From contig CAMVMM010000009.1 of NCBI GenBank assembly GCA_947168565.1, forward strand, positions 22,292-86,291: a DNA stretch of 64,000 nt. Direction: 5' to 3'. The position numbers and the translations under genes were made by a program. The stretch is from an uncultured Clostridia bacterium. Lineage in GTDB: Bacteria > Bacillota > Clostridia > Christensenellales > CAG-138. Each line of letters opens with the position of its first letter. The first letter of the stretch is position 1. Shown here piece after piece: positions 1-8,330 of the stretch. The notes under the pieces were generated by a model. The model had not been told where the DNA came from, ran no database searches, and saw only the letters and a program-made list of their open reading frames with translations.

Positions 1-208
1 GAAATGCCGTATCGAGAAGCGCCTGCATTGTAACGGTTTCAATATAGCGCGGATCGAGCGTTAGAGGATCGAAATCGATATTCTCGTTTTCGCTATTGCC
101 AAAATCGCCGCAATCTGCTATAATAACGGAAGTGTTAGAGGGTGACTGCTTTGCATCTGCGCCAACAGATGTGAGTTCGGCAGTCATCTTTTCTTTACCC
201 GCGCTCAT
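1..208 (-). CDS. Hypothetical protein, first 69 codons only (gene runs off the left edge)
   Basis: Open minus-strand frame from ATG 208-206 to position 1 (MSAGKEKMTAELTSVGADAKQ...). Its ATG overlaps the TGA of the upstream mobC-like gene (ATGA). No motif is recognisable in the visible part. It is absent from the ORF track because it is truncated. Confidence 0.35.
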   Translation of the reverse strand, partial: MSAGKEKMTAELTSVGADAKQSPSNTSVIIADCGDFGNSENENIDFDPLTLDPRYIETVTMQALLDTAF

Positions 209-531
209 GGGCATTCCTCCTTCATACCGCCGAGCGTTCGCGCGATAAGCTCGATATTCTCATGAAGCTCATCCCGTATCCCGCCTGCGGATTCGATGCG
301 CCTAAGTTCATCGAGAACGGCTGCAAGCTGATCCCGCAGGGCTTTATACACCCTCGGATTGCCATGAACTACGATCTCGCGGTCAAGGCATTTTCTGTAG
401 CAGTACTCCTGCTTGGGCAGACCCGACAGCGCAACGGCTATATTGATCTGCTCGTTTTCTTCGGGAGAAACGCGGAATCCGACCGTGATGTTTCTCCACC
501 TGTTGTGATTGTCTTTATTTTTAGCTGACAT
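205..531 (-). CDS. MobC-like relaxosome accessory / ribbon-helix-helix protein (108 aa)
   Basis: Start reset to ATG 531 (MSAKNKDNHNRWRN...; the track starts at TTG 558). The RHH-like segment ITVGFRVSPEENEQINIA plus helical tail resembles small MobC-type proteins of clostridial mobile elements. The classical NLNQ motif is absent, so the family call is tentative. Confidence 0.5.
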   Translation of the reverse strand: MSAKNKDNHNRWRNITVGFRVSPEENEQINIAVALSGLPKQEYCYRKCLDREIVVHGNPRVYKALRDQLAAVLDELRRIESAGGIRDELHENIELIARTLGGMKEECP

Positions 532-1606
532 TGAAGTTTTCCATCCTTTCTTTTTCAAGTTTTTCGATCATTTCCGTCTGTTTGGACGGAAACAGGTGCG
601 CATACCGCAGCGTGATCTCTATGCTCTCATGACCGAGCCTGTCCGCGATCGCAACGGGCGTAAAGCCCATATCGATCAAAAGAGAAACGTGGCTGTGCCT
701 TAAATCGTGAATTCGGATACGCTTTAATCCGGCAGCGCTCGATCCTCTGTCCATCTCATGATGCAGATAACTCTTTGAGATGGGGAAGATGCGATCCTTC
801 TTTTTTAACCCATACTGCATCTTTAGATAATCCTGCATCTCATCGCAGAGAAAAGGCGGCATCTTGATAGTGCGGTTGCTCTTTTTCGTTTTTGGTGTAG
901 TTATAACATCCTTACCCTTGAGCCGCTGATAGGATTTGCTGATCTTGACCGTACCGCTTTCAAAATCGAAATCTCCTGCTGTGAGCGCAAGCAATTCCCC
1001 CTCACGGATACCGCACCAGTAGAGCATCTCAAATGCATAATAGGATACGGGCTTGTCCATCATTTCATCTGCAAAGCGCAAGTATTCTTCCTTCGTCCAA
1101 AAGTTGATATTGCCGCCGTCGTTATCGCCCATGCTTCCAGCCTTCGCTGCGGGATTAGCGCGCAGGTCATAGTGCCGCACGGCATGGTTGAAAATGGCGC
1201 TGAGCTGATTGTGGACGGTTTTGAGATACGTCTGGGAATAGGGCTTCTTTCTTTCGTTTCGATATGCGAGCAGTTCGTTCTGCCATGCTATAATATCTTT
1301 GTTAGTGATCTCACTGATGATCATGTCGCCAAAGTAGGGGAGAATCTTTGTTCTGACGATATGTTCTTTTGAAAGCCATGTGTTTTCCTTTAACCTTGGG
1401 CGCACGTCCTTCTCATAAAGCCCGAAGAAGGCTTCAAAGGTCATATCCATATCGCCCGCGTTCTGCATTTGGAAGGTTCGCTCCCAGTCCTGCGCTTCTC
1501 GCTTGGTCGAGAATCCGCGCTTGCATTTCTGCTTTCGCTCACCCTTCCAGTTCGTGTACCAAGCCATAACATACCATTTTCCGTTGTTGCTCTTAAATAC
1601 CGGCAT
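521..1606 (-). CDS. int: Tyrosine recombinase / integrase (361 aa)
   Basis: ATG 1606 lies behind GGAGG. It has a Tn916-type N-terminal arm-binding region (MPVFKSNNGKWYVMAWYTNWKGERKQK) and a C-terminal catalytic signature (HDLRHSH ... LGHESIEITLRYAH). Confidence 0.9.
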   Translation of the reverse strand: MPVFKSNNGKWYVMAWYTNWKGERKQKCKRGFSTKREAQDWERTFQMQNAGDMDMTFEAFFGLYEKDVRPRLKENTWLSKEHIVRTKILPYFGDMIISEITNKDIIAWQNELLAYRNERKKPYSQTYLKTVHNQLSAIFNHAVRHYDLRANPAAKAGSMGDNDGGNINFWTKEEYLRFADEMMDKPVSYYAFEMLYWCGIREGELLALTAGDFDFESGTVKISKSYQRLKGKDVITTPKTKKSNRTIKMPPFLCDEMQDYLKMQYGLKKKDRIFPISKSYLHHEMDRGSSAAGLKRIRIHDLRHSHVSLLIDMGFTPVAIADRLGHESIEITLRYAHLFPSKQTEMIEKLEKERMENFNVS

Positions 1607-1793
1607 CTTCACATTCCTCCTTTCCGGTTCCATAGAACCTTTCGTTAAAATACTGCTTGCTGATTCTTCCCGAAATCGTGATATAGCCTTTTGCGGCAAG
1701 CTCCTTATTCATTTCTCGAATGAGCTTGTATGCATGGGATTTGGAAACTCCGAGGATCCTTGCGACTTCTTCTGCATTATAAAATGATAGCAT
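1593..1793 (-). CDS. xis: Excisionase-type helix-turn-helix protein (66 aa)
   Basis: ATG 1793 lies behind GGGAGG. MLSFYNAEEVARILGVSKSHAYKLIREMNKEL is a typical excisionase/MerR-like HTH. It overlaps the int start by 14 nt. Confidence 0.7.
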   Translation of the reverse strand: MLSFYNAEEVARILGVSKSHAYKLIREMNKELAAKGYITISGRISKQYFNERFYGTGKEECEDAGI

Positions 1794-1981
1794 GTTCTCA
1801 CCTCCCTTCATGCTGCAATGCAGTTGATATAGCACTCGGCCGTATCGATGCAGTCACTTCTAAGCATCAAGCACAGGTAGAATACGCCATAAATAAAAAT
1901 GTGCATATTTCTATTATATCTAACACTGTGCGTAATGTCAAGTGGTTTTCGACATAAAAATAAATATATTTGTTGATATGC

Positions 1982-2010
1982 TTGCAATACATAAACCAAT
2001 ATGCTAAACT
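1982..2010 (+). promoter_or_regulatory. Sigma-A type promoter of the XRE repressor gene
   Basis: TTGCAA, a 17-nt spacer, then TGcTAAACT, about 30 nt upstream of ATG 2041. It sits in the AT-rich divergent region shared with xis, and ATATGCT is repeated on both sides of the -35. Confidence 0.5.
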
Positions 2011-2040
2011 AACGACATCAACAGACTACGGAGGCACACA

Positions 2041-2571
2041 ATGGCTATCGGAGAAAGGATACGCTTTATCCGCAATCTGCGCGGAATGACGCAGAAATAC
2101 CTCGGCATTCAGGCAGGTCTTCCCGAAAACACCGCTGATATCCGAATGACACAGTATGAAACCGGAGCGCGGAACCCGAAGCAAGAGTTGACGAATGCTA
2201 TCGCTTCGGTGCTCGATGTCTCTCCGCTCACGCTCGATGTTCCCGATATCGACAGCTATCTCGGACTCATGCACACTCTGTTTGCGCTTGAGGATCGCTA
2301 CGGTCTCACAGTTGAAAATCGAGATGGCGATGTTGCACTCAGATTCGATCCCCGCAAAGGTAAGGATGCAGCCAGCATCTCGCAGATGGTGCTTGCTTGG
2401 GCTGCAAAGTCCGATAAGTACCATAGGGGAGAGATAAGCAAGGAAGAATACGACCGTTGGCGCTATAACTACCCCAAGTACGACACCACTCAAAACTGGG
2501 CAAGAGTTCCGTCCAAAGAATACAGCGATGCTCTCGCTGAAGCTTTCAAGGATAAACTTGAAACCGACTGA
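2041..2571 (+). CDS. XRE-family HTH regulator (ImmR/cI-like repressor candidate), 176 aa
   Basis: N-terminal HTH_3 pattern (IGERIRFIRNLRGMTQKYLGIQAGL...) with GGAGG SD. It is divergent from xis-int. Confidence 0.8.
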   Translation: MAIGERIRFIRNLRGMTQKYLGIQAGLPENTADIRMTQYETGARNPKQELTNAIASVLDVSPLTLDVPDIDSYLGLMHTLFALEDRYGLTVENRDGDVALRFDPRKGKDAASISQMVLAWAAKSDKYHRGEISKEEYDRWRYNYPKYDTTQNWARVPSKEYSDALAEAFKDKLETD

Positions 2572-2608
2572 TACATTTTCATTCAACAGAATATTTTTAA
2601 ACATAAAT

Positions 2609-2645
2609 AGCCCTCCGCTGCATATCCACAGCGAAGGGCTTTATA
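2609..2645 (+). terminator. Hairpin terminator after the XRE gene
   Basis: AGCCCTCCGCTG ... CAGCGAAGGGCT stem (one mismatch) followed by TTATAAT. Confidence 0.5.
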
Positions 2646-2731
2646 ATACGGATTTACTTCCAACAAACCTTTTTGTATCATTCCTTTACCCAGCAACCGG
2701 TCGGAATCGGAATGATTCATCATATAAGGTC

Positions 2732-2751
2732 TGTTATCAATTTGTTATCAA
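2732..2751. repeat. Tandem direct repeat TGTTATCAA x2 (11-bp register)
   Basis: cTGTTATCAAttTGTTATCAAag lies between the regulator terminator and the guaA terminator. It is a possible integrase arm-type site. Confidence 0.4.
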
Positions 2752-2809
2752 AGACGGATTCTGAGTTTGAAAAAGCCTTGTGTTTATTAGCTTTTTTAAG
2801 CTCGATACA

Positions 2810-3793
2810 TCATTCCCACTCAATCGTTCCGGTGGGCTTGGGCGTAAGGTCAAACAGCACTCTGTTCACGCCCTTGACCTCGCTTGTGATGCGCGCGGTG
2901 ATAAGGGAGAGCAGCTCGAAGGGAACGGGCTCGACCGTGGCGGTCATCGCGTCGCGGGTATTCACGGCGCGAAGGATGCAGGGCCACTCGTCGCAGCGCT
3001 TATCGTCCTTGATGCCGACCGATCTGAAATCGGGCACGATGGTGAAATACTGCCAAACCTTGCCCTCAAGACCCGCTTTTTGAAACTCCTCGCGCAGTAT
3101 CGCATCGCTTTCGCGCACGGCCTCAAGCCTGTCGCGGGTGATCGCGCCAAGGCAGCGCACGCCGAGACCGGGGCCGGGGAATGGCTGGCGGTAGACCATG
3201 CCGTGGGGGAGACCGAGCGCCTCGCCGACCACGCGCACCTCATCCTTAAAGAGGATGCGAACGGGCTCGACCAGCTCAAAATTGAGATCGTCCGGCAGAC
3301 CGCCCGCGTTGTGGTGCGCCTTGATGCCGTGCTCGCTCTCCAAAATATCGGGCCAGATGGTGCCCTGAGCAAGGAATTCGACGCCGTCCAGCTTGCGCGC
3401 TTCCTCAGCGAAAACCTCGATAAATTCGCCGCCGATTATCTTGCGCTTGGTTTCGGGATCGGCAACGCCCGCAAGCTTGTCAAGGAAACGATCCACCGCG
3501 TCTACGTAGATAAGGTTCGCGTCCATCTCATCCTTGAAAACGCGGATGACCTGCTCGGGCTCGCCCTTGCGCAGAAGACCGTGGTTGACGTGAACGCACA
3601 CAAGCTGCTTGCCGATCGCCTTAATAAGAAGCGCGGCAACTACCGAAGAATCGACGCCGCCGGAGAGGGCGAGAAGGACCTTTTTATCGCCGACCTGAGC
3701 GCGAACGTCCGCGATCTGCTCGGCTATGAACTTTTCCGCAAGCGCCTTTGTGGTGATGCGCTCCATGGTTTCTGGTCTTGTAAGAATTGGCAT
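2810..3793 (-). CDS. guaA: GMP synthase, ATP-pyrophosphatase (PP-loop) and dimerisation part only, 327 aa
   Basis: SGGVDSSV PP-loop, DPETKRKIIG, QGTIWPD, HHNAGGLP, PFPGPGLGVR and the C-terminal KPTGTIEWE are present. Start is ATG 3793 behind GGAGGA. There is no glutamine amidotransferase domain. Confidence 0.85.
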   Translation of the reverse strand: MPILTRPETMERITTKALAEKFIAEQIADVRAQVGDKKVLLALSGGVDSSVVAALLIKAIGKQLVCVHVNHGLLRKGEPEQVIRVFKDEMDANLIYVDAVDRFLDKLAGVADPETKRKIIGGEFIEVFAEEARKLDGVEFLAQGTIWPDILESEHGIKAHHNAGGLPDDLNFELVEPVRILFKDEVRVVGEALGLPHGMVYRQPFPGPGLGVRCLGAITRDRLEAVRESDAILREEFQKAGLEGKVWQYFTIVPDFRSVGIKDDKRCDEWPCILRAVNTRDAMTATVEPVPFELLSLITARITSEVKGVNRVLFDLTPKPTGTIEWE

Positions 3794-3887
3794 TTTTTTA
3801 TCCTCCAAGTAAAATTCGTGTTATTATAACATATCCGGAGCGCAATGAAAAGATTTTTTGCAAAAAAATATATGGAAAACGAAAGCT

Positions 3888-4364
3888 TTATTCATACTCG
3901 GTAATAATCTCCACGCTCTTTGGCAGCTCGCGGAGCCTTTTTCGCAAAAAAACGGGGTAGAAATACTCGTTTTCAATACCCGCAATATCCAGCCATTCGA
4001 ACTCGAGCGTATGGTGGCGTTCATTGATGATGAAGCTTTCACCACGCGAAACAAGGGCGGTATTCGCGCAATCAACAAGAATATAGAAGCATATTTCATG
4101 GAAGCGTTCGCCGCTGCCCTCCTCGGTAAAGAAGCTTTGCGCGATATAGAGCGGGCGAATCACGGAAGCCTCGATATTCAGCTCCTCGCGCAGCTCACGC
4201 AGCACGGCCTGCTCCGCCGTTTCCCCAAGGGCGATCTTGCCGCCGGGCAGGTAGAAATAGGGCGAGCGCTCGTCCGTCATGGCAAGCAGTTTTTCATTAT
4301 TGACGATCACTGCGGCGGCGCGAAGGTTGAAGCGCGCGCCATCCGTTTTAAAGGAAATATCCAT
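3888..4364 (-). CDS. NUDIX hydrolase (158 aa)
   Basis: Nudix box GGKIALGETAEQAVLRELREELNI. Start reset to ATG 4364, because the GTG of the track is itself the GGAGG SD. Confidence 0.85.
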   Translation of the reverse strand: MDISFKTDGARFNLRAAAVIVNNEKLLAMTDERSPYFYLPGGKIALGETAEQAVLRELREELNIEASVIRPLYIAQSFFTEEGSGERFHEICFYILVDCANTALVSRGESFIINERHHTLEFEWLDIAGIENEYFYPVFLRKRLRELPKSVEIITEYE

Positions 4365-4546
4365 TTCAGCCTCCACAGTTATAATGAAGGATTATACCAC
4401 AGCGGCGGCTGGATTGAAAGAAGTTGAAATATATACGATGCGATTCTTGATAAAACCTTGAAAACAGTGCAGCGCTCAGGCATAGAATCGGCTCCGAGCA
4501 ATATAATTTAGCGAACGAAAAGCGAAGCACGGAAGGAGAAACAACA

Positions 4547-5599
4547 ATGGTTTTAAGAAAAGCTTTTATCGGAGCGGCGGCGGGACTGCTTTTTGCGGGC
4601 GCCATGCTTATGACAGCCTGCGGCGGCGTGCCGGGCGGCATCACGGATGATGGGGTGATCGAACCGCAGAAAACGGAGCAGGCTCGAATCGGCGCATCCG
4701 CCGATCCGACCTATCCGCCGCTTTCACCCGCTCCGACAATGGATCTGACCCCTGAAAACGGAATACAGAACGGAATGGAGGCGGAAAAGGAAGCGGAAGC
4801 GGCAAAGGAAAAGGTGAACGTTACGCTTCATTATATAACGGACGAGGGCTACGTGCTGCCGGTTTTGCAAAAAATCGAAAAGCAGGACGGAATAGCAAGA
4901 GCCTGCCTGAATGAGCTGATTTGCTCCGATCAAAACGAGCTTACGCTCAAGCAGCAGGGGCTGAGGGCGCCTATACCGCGCGGAACGCAGATCGCACTGA
5001 ATATCTCGGATGGGGAGGCGAGGGTGAACCTTGTAGGCATGAGCGGGCTTGATGGGCCGGAAAGCGAAGCCGCGCTGTTTACGGCGATAGTGAACACTCT
5101 TACACAGTTCCCGTCGGTGCAGGTCGTTACCATAAGCGTGGACGGAGAAGGAGGGGAAACCGCGCACGGCTCGAAGCTGCCTAATAAGGCGGATACCTTC
5201 GCGCTGAACCCGGAGAAGGACGCGCTGGAAACGCAGTCCATCGGCAGCCTGAAGCCCATCACACTTTACTTCCCGAACGCCTCCGGCAGCAGATTTATTC
5301 CGATCACAAGGTACGTGAGCACGCAGCCGAGCCTGACCAATGCCGTGTCGCAGCTTGCAAAGGGAACGCAGATGAGCGGGCTTAGAAGCTTCTTCCCGGA
5401 AAACACGCTGATACTGGGCGCGGCGATAGAAAACGGCGTGCTCAGGGTGAACTGCTCCAAGGACCTTGAGCGCCTTGGCGACACGCCCGGAATGTACTCG
5501 CTTGCGGTGCATTCGGTGCTGCTTACCGCAATGAAATACGGCAGCATCGACGAGGTGCGCTTCCTTGTGAACGGCGCGGAGTTCGAGCCGAAGGAATGA
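4547..5599 (+). CDS. GerMN-domain (tandem) probable lipoprotein, sporulation/germination related
   Basis: Signal peptide ending LMTAC, then two GerMN-like modules (VTLHYITDEGYVLPV... and ITLYFPNASGSRFIPITRYV...). SD is GGAAGGAG. Confidence 0.7.
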   Translation: MVLRKAFIGAAAGLLFAGAMLMTACGGVPGGITDDGVIEPQKTEQARIGASADPTYPPLSPAPTMDLTPENGIQNGMEAEKEAEAAKEKVNVTLHYITDEGYVLPVLQKIEKQDGIARACLNELICSDQNELTLKQQGLRAPIPRGTQIALNISDGEARVNLVGMSGLDGPESEAALFTAIVNTLTQFPSVQVVTISVDGEGGETAHGSKLPNKADTFALNPEKDALETQSIGSLKPITLYFPNASGSRFIPITRYVSTQPSLTNAVSQLAKGTQMSGLRSFFPENTLILGAAIENGVLRVNCSKDLERLGDTPGMYSLAVHSVLLTAMKYGSIDEVRFLVNGAEFEPKE

Positions 5600-5921
5600 T
5601 GCACGGCATAATGCGGCGGGAGGGGAGAATCGTCCGCTCCCGCCAAAAATATATTAAAATTCAAGCCGAAAAAGGGGTGCAAAGGGCATTTTTCCCGATT
5701 TTTTCGGGAATTTTTTTAAACATTTCCTTTGAACTAATGAAGAAGCAAAATATGGCAAAAACAGTACATTTTTAAGGGAAAAAGATGTATGAATAAATGC
5801 CGCGAAAAGGGGCGGTTTGAGCGCGCAAATCGGTTTTTTCCAAAAAACTATGGATTTTTTGGAAGGCTTGGTGTATAATAATGTCGCATAATATTTATAT
5901 CGAAAGGTTGATATTTAATTC

Positions 5922-8147
5922 ATGCGAAAACACCATGCAGTAAAGCAACGAAAATTAAAGGCTTCCGTCGGCAGGACCTACGCCGCCGTGAAGAAGCTGA
6001 GATTGCCGGTACTTCTGCTTGCAGCTATCTTCTTAACTGTGTTTGTGATCGGAAGTGCCGCCGTCGTTCCGACCGTCGGCAGAACCGCACTATATGCCGG
6101 CGGCAGCGCCGCAAAGGGCTTGACGAAGGGCGATATGCGCTTTATGGACGAGCGTGACCATTCCGCGCCCACCCAGGTGCCCACCCTGAATGAGGGCGAG
6201 ATACTCACCGTTGGCGTCAGCGATTCAAGGATCCCCGAGATCCAGACAAAGCTTGCGTCCCTCGGCTATATCGAGTCGGACGAGCCTGCGGAAACCTTCA
6301 ACGAGCCGCTTGAAAACGCCGTAAAGCTTTTCCAGCGCGCAAACAACATGAACCAGACCGGCGAGGTGGACAGCCTTCTGCTGAATATCCTCTACTCCGA
6401 AACCCCCGCCGAATACGTTATCGAGCAGGGCAACAGCGGCGAGGACGTTAAAATGGTTCAGCAAAGGCTTTCGAGCCTCGGCTACTACAACGAAAAGATC
6501 AACGGCTACTACGGCTCCTCGACCCAAACCGCAATAGTTGATTTCCAGATCACAAACGGTCTTGAAACGAGCGGCATAGTCGATCCCGGCACCTTTGAAA
6601 CCCTGTTTTCCTACGATGCAATGAGCGCGCTCGTGCGCTCCGCCGACACCGAAACCGAAGCCTTCCCGGGGCTTGAGCCCGTTGAGCCGACCGGCGAACC
6701 GGAAGAAAATGCAAGACCCGCCATGCCCGCACCCATACGCACGGACGATGCGGGAGCCACTCCGCACGCAACCGAGCTGCCGAGGATCACCCCCGAGCCC
6801 GTGTACACCACCATGCCGCTTCCCGTGCCCGTTATCACGGCGCAGCCCACCTCGGCGCCCGCGCCCACTTACGAGCCCTTCGTGGATTTCAATGCCGAGG
6901 GCTATACGAACAGGGAATACGTCAACTTCCGCTCCTCGCCCAGCACCGAATCGAACGTTATCATGGTGCTTACCTACGGCACGAGCGTTCACATCATCGC
7001 AAGAACGAGCGAATGGTACCGCGTGATGTGCGCAGGCCATTTCGGCTATATCGCAGTTCCGTACGTTTCGCTCGGCCTGCTTGCAACGCCCACTCCGGCG
7101 CCCACCGCCGTTCCCACCGCGGCACCCACGGCCGTTCCCACTGCGGTTCCCACCGCCGTGCCGACTCCCACTGCGGCGCCCACAGCCGTGCCCACGCCCA
7201 CTCCGGAGCCCTTCGTGGATTTCTATTCGGACGGGTACATAAACAGGGCGTACGTTAATTTCCGCTCCCAGCCCAATACGGACTGCGAGATCCTCGGCGT
7301 GCTCACCTATGGCACCCAGGTCAGCATCATCGCAAGAACCAGCGATTGGTACCGCGTGAGATACAACGGCAGCACGGGCTACGTGGCTTCGCCGTATATC
7401 ACCCTCGGCGTGCTTGCAACGCCCACGCCGGCGCCTACGGCGGTTCCCACCGCCGCGCCGACACCGACGCCCACGCCGAAGCCCACGGCGGCGCCCACTC
7501 CCTCCGTGACTCAGGATCCGTTCACTCCCTACAACGCTCAGGGCTACGTGAACAGGGGATATGTCAATTTCCGCACCGGTCCCTCGACCGATTACAGCGT
7601 TATCGCGTCCCTGCCCTACGGCACGGTGCTTGAGGTGCTTGCCACGAACGGCAGCTGGTATCGCGCAAGGCACAGCGGCACCGTTGGCTATATCTTTGCC
7701 GACTACGTAACCATCGGCTCCGCGCCCACACCCACTCCCGCGCCCACTCAGCCCCCGGCAAACGGCAACGTGGAATCCTTCGTATCCGTGCTCCGTTCGC
7801 AGCTCGGCAAGCCCTACGTGGGCGGCACTCAGGGTCCGAACACCTTCGACTGCTCCGGCTACGTATACTACTGCCTCAAGCTCTGCGGCGTGAATATCGG
7901 CAGGCTTACCGCTGCCGGATACGCTGGCTACAACGGCTGGACGAAGGTCACGGGCTTTGGCAATCTGCGCAGGGGAGATCTGATGTTCTTCTACAGCAAC
8001 GATTACTCAAGGATCAACCATGCCGCCGTATACCTCGGAAACGGTCAGCTTATCCACTGCTCGTTCTCCGCAGGCCAGGTGGTGATCTCCAATGCCAACA
8101 GCAACTGGTATCAGAACCATTTCTGCTGGGGCAGGAGGGTATTCTGA
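5922..8147 (+). CDS. Modular cell-wall hydrolase: 2x PG_binding_1, 3x SH3b, C-terminal NlpC/P60
   Basis: N-terminal TM segment. PG-binding repeats (IQTKLASLGYI, VQQRLSSLGYY), three SH3b modules separated by Pro/Thr/Ala linkers, and an NlpC/P60 core (FDCSGYVYYCL ... NHAAVYLGNGQLIHC). Confidence 0.85.
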   Translation: MRKHHAVKQRKLKASVGRTYAAVKKLRLPVLLLAAIFLTVFVIGSAAVVPTVGRTALYAGGSAAKGLTKGDMRFMDERDHSAPTQVPTLNEGEILTVGVSDSRIPEIQTKLASLGYIESDEPAETFNEPLENAVKLFQRANNMNQTGEVDSLLLNILYSETPAEYVIEQGNSGEDVKMVQQRLSSLGYYNEKINGYYGSSTQTAIVDFQITNGLETSGIVDPGTFETLFSYDAMSALVRSADTETEAFPGLEPVEPTGEPEENARPAMPAPIRTDDAGATPHATELPRITPEPVYTTMPLPVPVITAQPTSAPAPTYEPFVDFNAEGYTNREYVNFRSSPSTESNVIMVLTYGTSVHIIARTSEWYRVMCAGHFGYIAVPYVSLGLLATPTPAPTAVPTAAPTAVPTAVPTAVPTPTAAPTAVPTPTPEPFVDFYSDGYINRAYVNFRSQPNTDCEILGVLTYGTQVSIIARTSDWYRVRYNGSTGYVASPYITLGVLATPTPAPTAVPTAAPTPTPTPKPTAAPTPSVTQDPFTPYNAQGYVNRGYVNFRTGPSTDYSVIASLPYGTVLEVLATNGSWYRARHSGTVGYIFADYVTIGSAPTPTPAPTQPPANGNVESFVSVLRSQLGKPYVGGTQGPNTFDCSGYVYYCLKLCGVNIGRLTAAGYAGYNGWTKVTGFGNLRRGDLMFFYSNDYSRINHAAVYLGNGQLIHCSFSAGQVVISNANSNWYQNHFCWGRRVF
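6873..7760 (+). repeat. Three tandem SH3b-plus-PT-linker coding modules (about 333, 309 and 245 bp)
   Basis: Modules start at 6873 (GAGCCCTTCGTGGATTTCAAT), 7206 (GAGCCCTTCGTGGATTTCTAT) and 7515. The ACGCCCACTCCGGCGCCCAC.. linker motifs recur. Confidence 0.85.
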
Positions 8148-8330
8148 CAGCCTGACGAATACTCTTTAACAACCGATATTTAACCCGATCGAAGCGTCGC
8201 TTCCTTCGGGAAATAATAATTGCGCTCCGTGTGGATCCGGTTCTTCCCGTTTTCAGTCGGAGCGCAAGCGTTATAGAGCAAAAGTTTATTCCCGCATTTG
8301 TCCGAAAAGTAAAAAATCTTGGAGGTAACG

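Larger units (their letters stand above)
1..2770. mobile_element. Right-hand end of an integrative (mobilisable) element; the rest lies beyond the left edge
   Basis: Overlapping xis-int-mobC-like operon with a divergent XRE repressor. G+C is visibly lower than the neighbouring chromosome. The module ends just before the terminator and stop of the guaA-type gene. The exact att boundary is not determinable from this window. Confidence 0.6.

Noticed and set aside
2026-2604. 192-aa minus-strand ORF opposite the XRE regulator gene
   Set aside because: The plus-strand product has a clear HTH, promoter, SD and terminator. The antisense product has no features.
7080-7500. Short periodic GCGCCCAC/GTTCCCAC repeats as a non-coding VNTR or CRISPR-like array
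   Set aside because: They are in frame and encode the (A/T)PT(A/P)VP linkers between SH3b domains.
6225-7673. 482-aa Arg/Gly-rich ORF antisense to the NlpC/P60 hydrolase gene, plus several 70-120-aa ORFs in the same region
   Set aside because: These are the mirror image of the Pro/Thr/Ala linker codons. The composition is implausible for a real protein, and the sense gene has a clear domain structure.
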